Source of the DNA: an uncultured virus (IMG/VR IMGVR_UViG_3300025840_000014)
Taxonomy: Duplodnaviria; Heunggongvirae; Uroviricota; Caudoviricetes
Direction: 5' to 3' (one strand)
DNA: 64,000 bases
IMG/VR virus record: IMGVR_UViG_3300025840_000014
In this document: piece after piece, positions 17,368 through 27,338 of the stretch
Layout of the letters: each line of letters begins with the position of its first letter
How positions within the stretch are numbered: the stretch's first letter is position 1
Made by a program: the position numbers and the translations under genes
The notes under the pieces: model-generated
The model's input: only the letters and a program-made list of their open reading frames with translations
What the model was told of the DNA's origin: nothing
Databases searched by the model: none

Positions 17368-19145
17368 GATATGTCCATAAATTCTAGTACTTCGAATGGG
17401 AATTTTTTGCCGCGTGTCATTTGGACTGGCCACGCTCGTAGGTCACGGGCACCACGGAAGTGGTTGACGTCGTAAATGTATTGTCCGTGTGCGGTTGGGT
17501 CAGGCTGTAAGGCCAAACCGAACTCTGGCCATCTGGACCACACTGCGGAACCGAATGGTCGAAGTTCGCGGGAGGTCATAGTCTGTCCGAGTGGAGCGTG
17601 ATGCTCCAGCCAGAGCGCACAGTTGTATGTGGATCTGATTCGGTCCAAATATTTGGCCACCTCGATTGCTACTGCTTCTGACGTTTTGGTTCCGGGGTCA
17701 AGAAACGCCTTGTAGATCGGTCCCATCACCAAAAGTTCGGGTTCCACCTTTTCTATGTGCTCTTCAAGGATGGTTCGGTCAGCGACCGAGAGCAGGTTCA
17801 GGCCATCCGGCTTGATGACAAGGTGTACGTCGCCGGTGCGTTCATAACCCATTGAGCGTGCAGCGCCAATTATCGATGTTGAGGTTCGACGGATAATCCG
17901 CTCTGGGTTTTCGAGGTCAACTGTAAGGGTGCGAATTTTTGGCATCCGCTGAAAGGTGAACGGGTGCACCCCGAAGCCTGAGCAGATCGCGATTTGACGG
18001 GCAAGCATCGTTTTACCGACGCCCTCTGCCGCAACCACCATCACTCGTTCTTGTCGCTCAAGCAAGCCGGGCAACAGCCAGTCGTAAGAGTCGTCGACTT
18101 CTTCTTCAATGAAGTCAACCCAGTTGACTAATTTGCCTTCATCTCGTTCGACAACCTGATCATCTCCCGCGAGGGCGATGTCAGCGATTTTGAGTAGGAG
18201 TGATTGGGGTTTGCGGTCTGTCTCTAGGAGTTCTGCAATTTTCTGTAAGGCGCGTTCTTGCGGGGTGAGTTCTTCTTCTGCAATTTCTGGTTCTTCACCG
18301 TCTTCGGGCTGTTCCTCAGCGACAACATCTTGCCCTTCAAATTCTGCAGCGAGTTCGGAAACCTCGATTTGGACGACGTCCGTGGTGGGGAGTCCGGCTT
18401 GTAGGTGGTCGTAGATGTCTTTATGGTCAGGACACCTCCATACCGCAACATCGCTGCCAGCGTCTGCGAGGAGTCGAGCGACGAGGAGAGCGTGTCGTCG
18501 TCCGGGTTCGTCGTTGTCGACGATGATGTCCACGACTGCTCCAGACAGAGCCTCAGTGTGTATGTCGAGCCATTTACCTGCCCCTCCGGGCATAGTCGTG
18601 GCACAAGCACCCAGCGCGATGAGGGCGTCAGCATCTTTTTCTCCTTCTACGAGGAAGATGGTGTCTCCCTCTTCTTTGGCTTTTAGTACTGCAGGTAGGT
18701 TGTATAGGACTTTCGGTGTATCGCCGAGTTTGTATGTCCACCCGCCTTGTCCGTCGGGTTTACGCTGGCGAAATGTTTTCTTTCCGTCAGGTTCTACGTA
18801 GCGGACTTTTTCAAATAGCAGATGTCCGTCGGAATCTTTATATTCGTATTTGGCGACGAATTTGAGTTTGGGGCGGTCTTGTTTCGGGTATGGGTTGTCG
18901 TCGATGATTCGGTCTGATTGGGGCCATAGGTCTTTGACGTCTAAGCCTACGGATTTGCAGATTTCTGGCGTGTTGCAACCACCGTTGCGATGACAGAAAA
19001 GAACGATCTTGCCGTCTTCGTTTTCGTGGACGGAAAGCGACGGGTTTCGGTCATCTTGTCGGCATGGGCATCGCGCTTCCCACCCGTTGGCTGACGATAC
19101 GACTCCGTCTAATCTCGATAGGAACTCACTTGTATGTTGAAACAT
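17364..19145 (-). CDS. DNA primase-helicase (Zn finger + TOPRIM + AAA_25/RepA-like)
   Basis: RCPC..D.NPSLS, LVEGEKDAD, DND, Walker A AAEGVGKT, LEHH. Confidence 0.88.
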   Translation of the reverse strand: MFQHTSEFLSRLDGVVSSANGWEARCPCRQDDRNPSLSVHENEDGKIVLFCHRNGGCNTPEICKSVGLDVKDLWPQSDRIIDDNPYPKQDRPKLKFVAKYEYKDSDGHLLFEKVRYVEPDGKKTFRQRKPDGQGGWTYKLGDTPKVLYNLPAVLKAKEEGDTIFLVEGEKDADALIALGACATTMPGGAGKWLDIHTEALSGAVVDIIVDNDEPGRRHALLVARLLADAGSDVAVWRCPDHKDIYDHLQAGLPTTDVVQIEVSELAAEFEGQDVVAEEQPEDGEEPEIAEEELTPQERALQKIAELLETDRKPQSLLLKIADIALAGDDQVVERDEGKLVNWVDFIEEEVDDSYDWLLPGLLERQERVMVVAAEGVGKTMLARQIAICSGFGVHPFTFQRMPKIRTLTVDLENPERIIRRTSTSIIGAARSMGYERTGDVHLVIKPDGLNLLSVADRTILEEHIEKVEPELLVMGPIYKAFLDPGTKTSEAVAIEVAKYLDRIRSTYNCALWLEHHAPLGQTMTSRELRPFGSAVWSRWPEFGLALQPDPTAHGQYIYDVNHFRGARDLRAWPVQMTRGKKFPFEVLEFMDIS

Positions 19146-19467
19146 TTTGCACTCGTTTTGTTCCACGTCCGGGCATGTTGATCATGCCTTGCCGTTGAGG
19201 GAAAATGTTTCTTTTTATACGGACCTCGTGCCGTTGCGACTCGTCAAGCCCACCCCATATTCCATATGGTTCCCAGTGCAGCGAGTATTCGAGGCACTGG
19301 TCTTTTACTGAGCATCCGGAGCAAATTTCTTTTGCTTTGCGGATGTTTTCCTCTATTTTTCGGTGGACGTCGCGTGTCCTCTTCATGTCTCGAAGAGGAA
19401 ACCACATTTCGACGTCGTGGCCTTTGCAGGCACCTCCTGTTGGTGGCGCTTCGGGTATTGCTGTCAT
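19126..19467 (-). CDS. whiB: WhiB family transcription factor
   Basis: C-x-WFP...AKEICSGCSVKDQCLEY...GIWGG. Confidence 0.92.
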   Translation of the reverse strand: MTAIPEAPPTGGACKGHDVEMWFPLRDMKRTRDVHRKIEENIRKAKEICSGCSVKDQCLEYSLHWEPYGIWGGLDESQRHEVRIKRNIFPQRQGMINMPGRGTKRVQNVSTYK

Positions 19468-19877
19468 GGTCCCCCAATGATCCGGTAGATGTCGTCTTTT
19501 GAAAGGTAGACCACCGCGTATTGGACGCTACTCCTACCAGATTCTTGTATTTCTTGATGCAGACCTATCGCTTCCGTTGGGACCCCCAGTGTTTTGGCCA
19601 GTCGGGAAGCGAGTTGGTTGGTGGTGATTTCATCTTGGGCGATCTGAGCGCCAAAGTCAACAACCTCGACGTTTACTTGTTGTAAACCTTCTGGTTCTTG
19701 GCGATTTTTGACACGCAGACATGTGACGCACCCGAGTTTTGGGGCTGTCGAAGCGCGCGGGCGACTCTCGATGTGGCCGCACTCAAGATGATGTAAATAT
19801 TTTACGTTTCCCCAGCCGCCGACACGGTCGATCGACTCGACGGTCTTGCGTGGGGCCTTACGATGTTCGGTAGTCAC
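19464..19877 (-). CDS. hypothetical protein (Zn-binding)
   Basis: LECGH...CVTC. Confidence 0.65.
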   Translation of the reverse strand: MTTEHRKAPRKTVESIDRVGGWGNVKYLHHLECGHIESRPRASTAPKLGCVTCLRVKNRQEPEGLQQVNVEVVDFGAQIAQDEITTNQLASRLAKTLGVPTEAIGLHQEIQESGRSSVQYAVVYLSKDDIYRIIGGP

Positions 19878-19887
19878 CTACCGAATA

Positions 19888-20286
19888 TTACTCAGATGCC
19901 TCGTCGGCCTCAGTCGCCTCGTCGGGCTTTTCGGTGTTGACGAGCGTGATCAGGATGCGGGCGTAGCGCTCCATCGTGGGAAGGTCAAGCGGGAACGGCA
20001 GGTCCTCTTCGATTGTGTGGTGCCCGATGATCTCGTACATGAAAAGCGCATTGCCGTCATCGTCGAACATCTGTACGGGCTTAAGGACGTGAAGCGTCTT
20101 GTTGTCGTATCGGATGTCGTAGGAGCCCCACTCGTCAGTGTGCAAAATCACACCTTGGTAGTGGCTGCCGAGATCCATGACGGCCTCGACCTGATCTGAT
20201 TCGACTGCTGGGAGATCTTCGACTGATTCGCTCATGACGGCAAATATACCATTTTCACTCGTCGTCCGGTAGAGGTTCTGATCCAT
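19888..20286 (-). CDS. hypothetical protein
   Basis: 132 aa acidic ORF within the operon. Confidence 0.65.
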   Translation of the reverse strand: MDQNLYRTTSENGIFAVMSESVEDLPAVESDQVEAVMDLGSHYQGVILHTDEWGSYDIRYDNKTLHVLKPVQMFDDDGNALFMYEIIGHHTIEEDLPFPLDLPTMERYARILITLVNTEKPDEATEADEASE

Positions 20287-20998
20287 CCGGAGCCTCGTTG
20301 CCCGGGTTTGTCACCAGCCGGTCTACCTTATGGCAGTCGCGCCATTTCATGCGCCACGTGTCGTCCAGTTCTGCGTGCTGGACCATGGCGACGGTCTTGG
20401 CCCGAGTCCAAAAATGGGCGGAAATGAATCGTTCACCACCGAGGATTTTCCTGACGCCGTGGATATACGGGTCGGTGCATGGCATCATCACGAGCATTCC
20501 GGCGGATGGCTTGATCTGCAGTTCGGGTCGGTAAAAATAAAGTTCTCCGCCATCAAAATCGTCGTTGTAATACAAGATTGTTGCTATGTCGTGAAAGGCG
20601 ATCGCCGCTGGCGTCTGTCCGTCTCCGTCTTTTTGGCGGAAGTCCAATGTCCAATCAGCGTGCGCGGAGTCGTGGTGCAACCCCTGCTCCATGCCGGCAA
20701 CCCACTTGCGAAAATACCAAGTCGAGTTGGTCAAAAACGTTTCACCGAATTTATGTTCGACGGCAGCGTTGATCTTGCCAACCAGTTCAGACTCTTTACG
20801 CTCAACGTGAGGCCAGTGCATGGCATCAGGGTTGATGGAGTAATGGTTCGGTTGATCTAACTGTTCGTGGTGATCATTTGGGGGGATCTCATTCCAGAAG
20901 CCCTCATTGCGAACATTTTTTTGCCAGAAGGACAGTTCATCTCCACTGATGAAGTTGGGGAAAATGTAAAGTTGAGGGTAAGCCTCGCGTAGATCCAT
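20255..20998 (-). CDS. 2OG-Fe(II) oxygenase (prolyl-4-hydroxylase-like)
   Basis: HHD, LYYNDDFDGGELYF, HGV, R. Confidence 0.88.
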   Translation of the reverse strand: MDLREAYPQLYIFPNFISGDELSFWQKNVRNEGFWNEIPPNDHHEQLDQPNHYSINPDAMHWPHVERKESELVGKINAAVEHKFGETFLTNSTWYFRKWVAGMEQGLHHDSAHADWTLDFRQKDGDGQTPAAIAFHDIATILYYNDDFDGGELYFYRPELQIKPSAGMLVMMPCTDPYIHGVRKILGGERFISAHFWTRAKTVAMVQHAELDDTWRMKWRDCHKVDRLVTNPGNEAPDGSEPLPDDE

Positions 20999-20999
20999 G

Positions 21000-21686
21000 T
21001 CAGTCCTCTGGCGGTCGGGATTCAGTGTGTTCCAGCATTTTTAAGGCATCTTGTGGGTTTCGGTAAATCCACTCCCAGTTGCTCATGTCGGGTTGGGCGA
21101 TTGCCATTGCGACAGTTTTGCATCGTGTCCAAAAGTGGGCGCTCATGAAGCGCTCTCCCGCAGTTACTTCTAGGACTTCATGCACATGTGTGCAGGGGAA
21201 CATGATCAGCATCCCGGGTGTCGGTTTGATTTTCAAATCGCAATCCGGGAATCGAATTTCCCCACCTTCATAGTCGTCGTTGTAGTACAAGATGGTCGCG
21301 AAATCGTTGAACGCCATTGGCAGGCGGTTTGGGTACTTGTTTTGTAAGTCGAGTTCGTAACGCTGGTAAAACGCGTCGCTGTGCTCTACAAGGCGGAAAC
21401 CTTTTTCCCATTTGCGGAACGAAATTGAGTGGTCAGATAAAACTTTTTCGCCGAACGTGTTTTCGACTTCCTCGTTAATCCGGTTGACTAATTCCCTTTC
21501 GCCTTTATAAAACGCGTCGTGGTCGTCGACGTCTTGGAAAATCAATGGGAATGCCTGTTGGTCAAAAACTAGGTGTTCGCCAGCCAGTTTGTAAAAACCC
21601 GGTTTCGTAAAATAACGCATCCAAAAAGAAAGTTCGTCTTTCGACAAAAAATTCTCGTTTACATGGATGGATTTACTGCTTTTCAT
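21000..21686 (-). CDS. 2OG-Fe(II) oxygenase (paralog of 20255-20998)
   Basis: HSD, LYYNDDYEGGEIRF, HEV, R. Confidence 0.88.
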   Translation of the reverse strand: MKSSKSIHVNENFLSKDELSFWMRYFTKPGFYKLAGEHLVFDQQAFPLIFQDVDDHDAFYKGERELVNRINEEVENTFGEKVLSDHSISFRKWEKGFRLVEHSDAFYQRYELDLQNKYPNRLPMAFNDFATILYYNDDYEGGEIRFPDCDLKIKPTPGMLIMFPCTHVHEVLEVTAGERFMSAHFWTRCKTVAMAIAQPDMSNWEWIYRNPQDALKMLEHTESRPPED

Positions 21687-22320
21687 CAGGTTTCTTTGGC
21701 TGATCAACGATTGGTCGTTCCCAGTATACCGACCAGTCGGCATTCGGACTGAGTGTTGGCTCTACCGGACCCCAGTTCATACTGACTACAAGCCGAGAAT
21801 CTTGGCTTTTATGTCGCGATGTCATGTGCTGGATGAACGAGTTGAAAATGACTACGGTGCCAACTTCTGGTTTGACGCTGACAGTGCTACTCATTGTCGC
21901 GCAGTAATCAACATTGAACACCAATTCCGCTGACCCTTCTGGTACTTGCGGGTAGTAAGTAACACTGAAGAATTCGTGTGGGTGAAGGTGAAGATTTGAG
22001 TGGTGGGAGTGGGCGATGACGCTCTGGTTGTATTCGAGGTCAACTGCCCACGTATCGTGAAGCATGTAGTCGCGTCCGGTCAAATGTTTGAGCCGGTCAT
22101 GAACGGCCTCCTGCAGTTTGACCACTTCTGGGGTGATTGGCATGACGAGATCTTCGAACTGAACGAAGCCACGGGAAATAATCCCGTACTCCGGGCATGC
22201 CTGCTCAATTGTCTGTGCGTAGTTTTTTATATCGGATGCGATCTGGAGCGGGTCAACGTCATCAATTTTCCCAGTCCAGATCCCGAGGTCGATCAGCGAA
22301 ACGCGTTCTAGGTCAATCAT
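21673..22320 (-). CDS. putative 2OG-Fe(II) oxygenase (TIGR02466-like)
   Basis: HSH, SVTYY, PEVG..VIFNS...H, RLVVSMN. Confidence 0.8.
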   Translation of the reverse strand: MIDLERVSLIDLGIWTGKIDDVDPLQIASDIKNYAQTIEQACPEYGIISRGFVQFEDLVMPITPEVVKLQEAVHDRLKHLTGRDYMLHDTWAVDLEYNQSVIAHSHHSNLHLHPHEFFSVTYYPQVPEGSAELVFNVDYCATMSSTVSVKPEVGTVVIFNSFIQHMTSRHKSQDSRLVVSMNWGPVEPTLSPNADWSVYWERPIVDQPKKPDEKQ

Positions 22321-22997
22321 TCGGTAAAGAAATCTCCGGTTTGGAGAGCGGAAGGCGGGCAGTCCTTGTGCCACACGTTGATGACCATCACCTGCCTTTT
22401 GCCGCTCAAAGTTCTTGTTGTTTCGTGAAGCCGGTGACCGGCGTCAAAAACGACGAGGCGGTTCGGACGGTACTTGATTCGCTCCCGTTCGTCAATCGTC
22501 GACAGGTGTTGATCGATGACGTCGCGTTCCAACTGCTCTGAGCCTTCGGGGACGACGCTGTTGTGAAGTTCCAAAAAACCGCCGGTCGCTTCGCTTGTTC
22601 CGTACCAGACGCAACCAATTTTTGGTCCATGGAAAATCTTGTCGCTCGCATACAGGAACGTGTCCTCGTCGCAGTGGGGAGCGAGGAACTGGCCGACACC
22701 GAACGTGCGTGTCCAGTATTCGAAACCGACGATGTCTTCGATCGGATACGGCAGGATGCCGGGGGTAGACCAAATCGCTTCGATAACTTTTTTGCGATTC
22801 GTGTCTGCGGGCGAGCGCCACCATCCGTCCCAAAACATGTACGGCGCGTAGCAGTCGCATTCCGTATCGTGGAACTCGTTTAGGTATTCGCCGATGTTGT
22901 CGTGCCCGGACATGTCGTCAGGGAAAAACGTGGGGTCAGCGTCTACTGCTGCCAGCAGGTCGCTTGGGATGAAGTCGTCCTGCACCCGCAGAAACAT
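22317..22997 (-). CDS. putative 2OG-Fe(II) oxygenase
   Basis: GFEYW, HCDEDT, GG.L, NRLVVFD...H, R..INVW. Confidence 0.78.
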   Translation of the reverse strand: MFLRVQDDFIPSDLLAAVDADPTFFPDDMSGHDNIGEYLNEFHDTECDCYAPYMFWDGWWRSPADTNRKKVIEAIWSTPGILPYPIEDIVGFEYWTRTFGVGQFLAPHCDEDTFLYASDKIFHGPKIGCVWYGTSEATGGFLELHNSVVPEGSEQLERDVIDQHLSTIDERERIKYRPNRLVVFDAGHRLHETTRTLSGKRQVMVINVWHKDCPPSALQTGDFFTE

Positions 22998-23115
22998 CGC
23001 TACCTACCTTTTTGGCGTTTCAGAATTCGTTTCGCCCGTTGAAGGGTCATTTGCCGTTTTGGCACTCCGGAAAATATTGACGCCAGACGGATGATTTCCT
23101 CTGCGTCCTCGTTGT

Positions 23116-23412
23116 TCACTTCTTGAACTTCGTCACGAGGCGAGCGATCCATGACGGCTTCTCCAAGATGATTTCTTCGGTAATTTCGACGGCTGGTGCT
23201 GGTGCTGGTGCTGGTGCTGGCTCTGTGGCGGTCTTGGGCTTGGGTGCCTCGGCGTAAGGCCCGGTTGGCTTTTGCTTTGGCGGGTTCTTTTTGGCGGGCG
23301 CCTTCTTCGCGGGTGACTTCTTAGCAGGCGCCTTTTTCGCGGCTGTGGCCTTTGCCGGGGTCTTCTTGGCTGGCGTCTTCTTGGCCGGCGTCTTTTTCTT
23401 ATTGGTGCTCAT
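23116..23412 (-). CDS. histone H1-like Lys/Ala/Pro-rich protein
   Basis: PAKK repeats and a (PA)n linker. Confidence 0.75.
   Translation of the reverse strand: MSTNKKKTPAKKTPAKKTPAKATAAKKAPAKKSPAKKAPAKKNPPKQKPTGPYAEAPKPKTATEPAPAPAPAPAVEITEEIILEKPSWIARLVTKFKK
23192..23220 (+). repeat. (GCTGGT)n coding microsatellite
   Basis: About 5 copies, encoding PAPAPAPA on the minus strand. Confidence 0.8.
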
Positions 23413-23458
23413 TTGAGGTTCATCTTCCTGTTTGATTTTTCGACTATTGTTCCTTTGT

Positions 23459-24088
23459 GTGGATTTCTACCCCGACACATATTCCAAGTTAGCGCTTGCG
23501 CTGTCTAGTGCGCAGGTCGCCAAGGAGTCTTTGGTTGCTGAATTTGGCGTCGGTGAAGACGTTCCTTTTAATTTTATCGGATGGATTGACGATCGTCTGG
23601 CAATGATTGTTCAGATGAAGCGGGATCGAATGAAAAACTCGATTGAGGAGAGGTTTTCTATCTCGTCGGGTGCGCTTCATGTGATGGGTGCTTACTTTGG
23701 TTGCGATGAACTAACGATGGTGGCCGAGGGTTATCATAACAAAACGCCGGAGATCCCAAGGACGAAAACGATGGCCGAGTCGTTTGCTGCCGGTGACCCG
23801 AACATCGCTGAATGCCTCACGGTAACGCACGTGACACTGCCCGATGGTTATGATCCTGAAGCAACATTAATAAGTGCACCTTATCAGTATCTAGCCGATA
23901 AATTCATTTTGTGGGCAGATAGCCTTGCCTACACACGCGGAGTTGGGAAAATTTTGCGCGACTCGCCGTTCCCCGCTATGATGGCCATGTCGCTGCGTGC
24001 GGATTACGAAGATCCGGACGAAGATGAGCGGTTCAGAATTCTTGAAGCGCTCGGAGAAAACGGCTTCAATACGCAAATTTTCATGTAA
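23459..24088 (+). CDS. hypothetical protein
   Basis: About 209 aa ORF; start chosen at the GTG after TATTGT. Confidence 0.7.
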   Translation: MDFYPDTYSKLALALSSAQVAKESLVAEFGVGEDVPFNFIGWIDDRLAMIVQMKRDRMKNSIEERFSISSGALHVMGAYFGCDELTMVAEGYHNKTPEIPRTKTMAESFAAGDPNIAECLTVTHVTLPDGYDPEATLISAPYQYLADKFILWADSLAYTRGVGKILRDSPFPAMMAMSLRADYEDPDEDERFRILEALGENGFNTQIFM

Positions 24089-24111
24089 CACCGATGGTGT
24101 ACGATGGGGGA

Positions 24112-24441
24112 ATGATTGGTTTTGACGGGGGTTTTGGCATCGGGCGTCGCGCTGACACAGTTTGGGTCGGCGGTCGTGAAATCCGTGTGTCACGAGCCAC
24201 CGGCGAACCGTGCCCGGTTTGCGGAGAACCAAACGGCAACTGCGCTGGCGAACTTGGACCGCCAGATCACATTGCCGGATTTAACGAGATCGAGTCACTT
24301 GTGGGGACTCAAACATTTCTGGTGGAGGAGGACATCTGGGAAGAAAAACAAATAACCCCATTCACAAAAACTAAAGTCCTCAAATATCCTGCCGGAAAGC
24401 ACATTCCTCTGGAGGAAGCGCGAAATCTAGGATTGGCTTAA
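24112..24441 (+). CDS. hypothetical protein (CPVCG)
   Basis: TACGAT 6 nt before the ATG. Confidence 0.65.
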   Translation: MIGFDGGFGIGRRADTVWVGGREIRVSRATGEPCPVCGEPNGNCAGELGPPDHIAGFNEIESLVGTQTFLVEEDIWEEKQITPFTKTKVLKYPAGKHIPLEEARNLGLA

Positions 24442-24529
24442 CGCTTTCAGTATTTTGCGACGCGCTACAATCTTCTAACGGGTGCTGCAAACGGACCCGG
24501 CAAACCAATTTAAACAAACGGAGCACCCA

Positions 24530-26455
24530 ATGACCCTGCTTACTGATGAATTTGTAGCCTCTTACGCCCTAAAGACGCCCCCGTGGGGTTTCAATGGAAT
24601 GGGTGAAATCGTTTACCTGCGTACCTATTCTCGCCCTAAGGAAAACGGCGAGATCGAGACATGGCCCGAGACAGTCCAACGTGTCATCAACGGCGCCATC
24701 GAAATCGGCGTTCCATACACCCAGAAGGAAGCCGAAACACTTTTCGACCACATGTTCAACCTGCGCTGCTCGTTCTCTGGTCGCGCCCTCTGGCAATTGG
24801 GAACACCTCTGGTTCAGCAGTTCAATGCTGCGTCGCTGAACAACTGCTACTTCATCAACATTGAGACCATCGAAGACTTTGAATTCCTGTTCGACCATCT
24901 CATGCTCGGTGGGGGCGTCGGGTTCTCTGTGGAGCGATCCAAAATCCACGAACTGCCCAAGGTGAAGTCTGGGGTCAGCATCACTCATGAAAAAACGAAC
25001 GACGCTGACATCATCGTCCCCGACTCTCGTCAGGGCTGGTCACGTCTCGTTCACTCCGTGCTGAAGTCGTACTTCTACACGGGCAAATCGTTCTCTTACT
25101 CCACTTTGCTCATCCGTGAGTACGGCGCTCCGTTGAAGAAGTTCGGCGGCACAGCGTCAGGTCCGGGCGCCCTCATCGACGGTATCGAAGACATCTGCAA
25201 AGTGCTGGAAAATCGGGCTGGCAAAAAGTTGCGTTCAATCGACGTGCTCGATATTTGCAACATCATCGGTCGTATCGTTGTCTCTGGTTCTTCTCGCCGT
25301 TCAGCGCAGATCGCAATTGGTGACCCTGACGACGTGTTGTTCCTTCGAGCCAAGAACTGGGCGAGCGGTGAGATTCCAGCGTGGCGCGCCAACTCGAACA
25401 ACTCGATTTATGCCGACTCGTGGGACGAGATCATGCCCGAAGTCTGGGGCGGCTACGACGGCTCTGGAGAGCCCTACGGCCTCGTTAACCGCAAGTTGGC
25501 CCGCAGGTACGGGCGTCTCGGAGAGAAGCGCACAGACAACTCCATTGAGGGCTACAACCCTTGTGCGGAGATCGCGCTGGGGGATGGTGAATCTTGCAAC
25601 CTCTCAACGATTTTCTTGCCAAACGTCGAGTCATTGAAGCAGATGAAAGAGATTTCCCGTCTTCTTTACATGTGCCAAAAGCAGATCACCCGTCTCGAAT
25701 ACCCTTACGAGAAGACAACGAAAATTGTTCGCAAGAACGCTCGCTTGGGGCAGTCAATCACAGGCGTTCTGCAGGCTTCGACCGAGCAGTTGTCGTGGAT
25801 GGACCCGACGTATGTTGCTCTGCGTGAGTTGGATGAGAAGTATTCGACAGAACACGATTTCCCGGAAAGTGTTCGTTTGACAACCGTTCAGCCTTCAGGG
25901 ACGTTGGCTCTTCTTCCGGGTGTTACCCCGGGCGTGCATCCTGCGTTCGCCCGCCACTACATCCGCCGAGTTCGGTTCGGTTCCTCTGATCCGCTTGTTG
26001 ATGCATGTCGTCGTCGTGGCTACAACGTCCAGTTCGATGTGGGTATTGATGGTCGTGAAGACCGCACCCGGTATGTTGTCGAATTCCCCTGTGAATCGCC
26101 AGCAGACGCCGTTCTGGCCGCCGATATGACGGCTGTGGACCAGTTGGAGTGGGTCAAGCGTATGCAGACGGAGTGGGCAGATAACGCTGTGTCCGTGACT
26201 GTCTACTACCGCTTGCACGAACTGGATGAGATCAAAGAGTGGCTGTCCAAGAACTATACGAACGGCTTGAAGTCGGTGTCGTTCTTGCTTCACTCCGATC
26301 ACAACTTCCCGATGCCTCCGTACGAGGAGTGCACTGAGGAGGAGTATCAGAAGATGCTGTCGAAGATCGATTTCACCGTTCCGTTGGTGCAGTCGTCGTT
26401 CACTGATGAGGTGGTTATGGACGATTGTGCGACGGGAGCGTGCCCGATCAAATAG
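24530..26455 (+). CDS. nrdJ: class II (B12-dependent) ribonucleotide reductase
   Basis: YLRTYSR, GRALW, RRSAQIA, NPCAEI, VQPSGT, C-terminal CATGACPIK. Confidence 0.92.
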   Translation: MTLLTDEFVASYALKTPPWGFNGMGEIVYLRTYSRPKENGEIETWPETVQRVINGAIEIGVPYTQKEAETLFDHMFNLRCSFSGRALWQLGTPLVQQFNAASLNNCYFINIETIEDFEFLFDHLMLGGGVGFSVERSKIHELPKVKSGVSITHEKTNDADIIVPDSRQGWSRLVHSVLKSYFYTGKSFSYSTLLIREYGAPLKKFGGTASGPGALIDGIEDICKVLENRAGKKLRSIDVLDICNIIGRIVVSGSSRRSAQIAIGDPDDVLFLRAKNWASGEIPAWRANSNNSIYADSWDEIMPEVWGGYDGSGEPYGLVNRKLARRYGRLGEKRTDNSIEGYNPCAEIALGDGESCNLSTIFLPNVESLKQMKEISRLLYMCQKQITRLEYPYEKTTKIVRKNARLGQSITGVLQASTEQLSWMDPTYVALRELDEKYSTEHDFPESVRLTTVQPSGTLALLPGVTPGVHPAFARHYIRRVRFGSSDPLVDACRRRGYNVQFDVGIDGREDRTRYVVEFPCESPADAVLAADMTAVDQLEWVKRMQTEWADNAVSVTVYYRLHELDEIKEWLSKNYTNGLKSVSFLLHSDHNFPMPPYEECTEEEYQKMLSKIDFTVPLVQSSFTDEVVMDDCATGACPIK

Positions 26456-26720
26456 TTCGGTGGGCGTCTTTCACCATCTGTGGTTTGGTCTGTGCGGTGG
26501 CAAGAAGAATTCCTTGTTCACCGCAAGACCAGCACTCAGGGCCATCTATCCAGTAGACCTCGCATGGGTAGCACCCGTATACGTCGGAGGTCAACGGCAT
26601 CAGCGAGATAATTTTCACGTTTTCTCGTAGCCGTTTAATCATGATCGCCTTTTTCGGCGTTCCGTCCAACTCCCACTCCATGTCGCTGGGATCAACCCAC
26701 CAGCCGGGAGTGTCGCTCAT
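26448..26720 (-). CDS. hypothetical protein (Cys-rich)
   Basis: CYPC...CWSCG. Confidence 0.55.
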   Translation of the reverse strand: MSDTPGWWVDPSDMEWELDGTPKKAIMIKRLRENVKIISLMPLTSDVYGCYPCEVYWIDGPECWSCGEQGILLATAQTKPQMVKDAHRTI

Positions 26721-27076
26721 TATCGCTTGCCGCCAAAGTACTCAACTGCGTGGCCGCTGTCAACGAGTTGTTCGTTGAGGCAGACTTCTAGGCTCATGTC
26801 GGCGAAAATATTTGCGAGGATCCGCCCGTACTTTCCCTTTGCATCTTTGTACGTCTGTACGTAAACCTCTGGGTGGCCATCAAACCAGTCCTGCACGTAC
26901 GCTTTTGCGGCTAAACCTTTTTCTTTTTCTTTAAGGTCTTTGGTGCGGGATTCTGGAGCATTAACTCCGAGGAGACGGACCCGGCAAGAGTAATGAATGT
27001 CAAAGCCGAGGTCGAGAATCAAATCAACAGTATCTCCGTCTACGACACGCTCAACTTTGGCTCTGTACGTGAACAT
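26720..27076 (-). CDS. thermonuclease (SNase) family protein
   Basis: RVVDGDT, RLLGVNAPE, GKYGRILA. Confidence 0.9.
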   Translation of the reverse strand: MFTYRAKVERVVDGDTVDLILDLGFDIHYSCRVRLLGVNAPESRTKDLKEKEKGLAAKAYVQDWFDGHPEVYVQTYKDAKGKYGRILANIFADMSLEVCLNEQLVDSGHAVEYFGGKR

Positions 27077-27249
27077 CAGTTTCCTGATTCATCTACGTAT
27101 CGAAGCGCTTGCTTTTTTCTTTCAATTCTGACGTGCTTGTCATCCTCGGTTGCAAGATCTTCGAGTTCTTCTGCTGAGCCACGGAAATCTTTGCCGTATC
27201 GGCGGTACTCTTCCCAGTAATCGTTGTCGGCGTTGCTGTTCTTTGCCAC
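27076..27249 (-). CDS. small hypothetical protein
   Basis: Manual translation MAKNSNADNDYWEEYRRYGK... (57 aa); TAAAAT 6 nt before the GTG. Confidence 0.55.
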   Translation of the reverse strand: MAKNSNADNDYWEEYRRYGKDFRGSAEELEDLATEDDKHVRIERKKQALRYVDESGN

Positions 27250-27267
27250 AACACTATTTTACACAAA

Positions 27268-27298
27268 GGAAAAGCCCCCGGGTTTTACCCCGGGGGCT
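27268..27298 (-). terminator. intrinsic terminator after the capsid gene
   Basis: AGCCCCCGGG...CCCGGGGGCT stem followed by TTT on the minus strand. Confidence 0.75.
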
Positions 27299-27338
27299 GA
27301 TCCGTAGCGGTTATTCACCGCCAAGTATGTTCCCTAGA

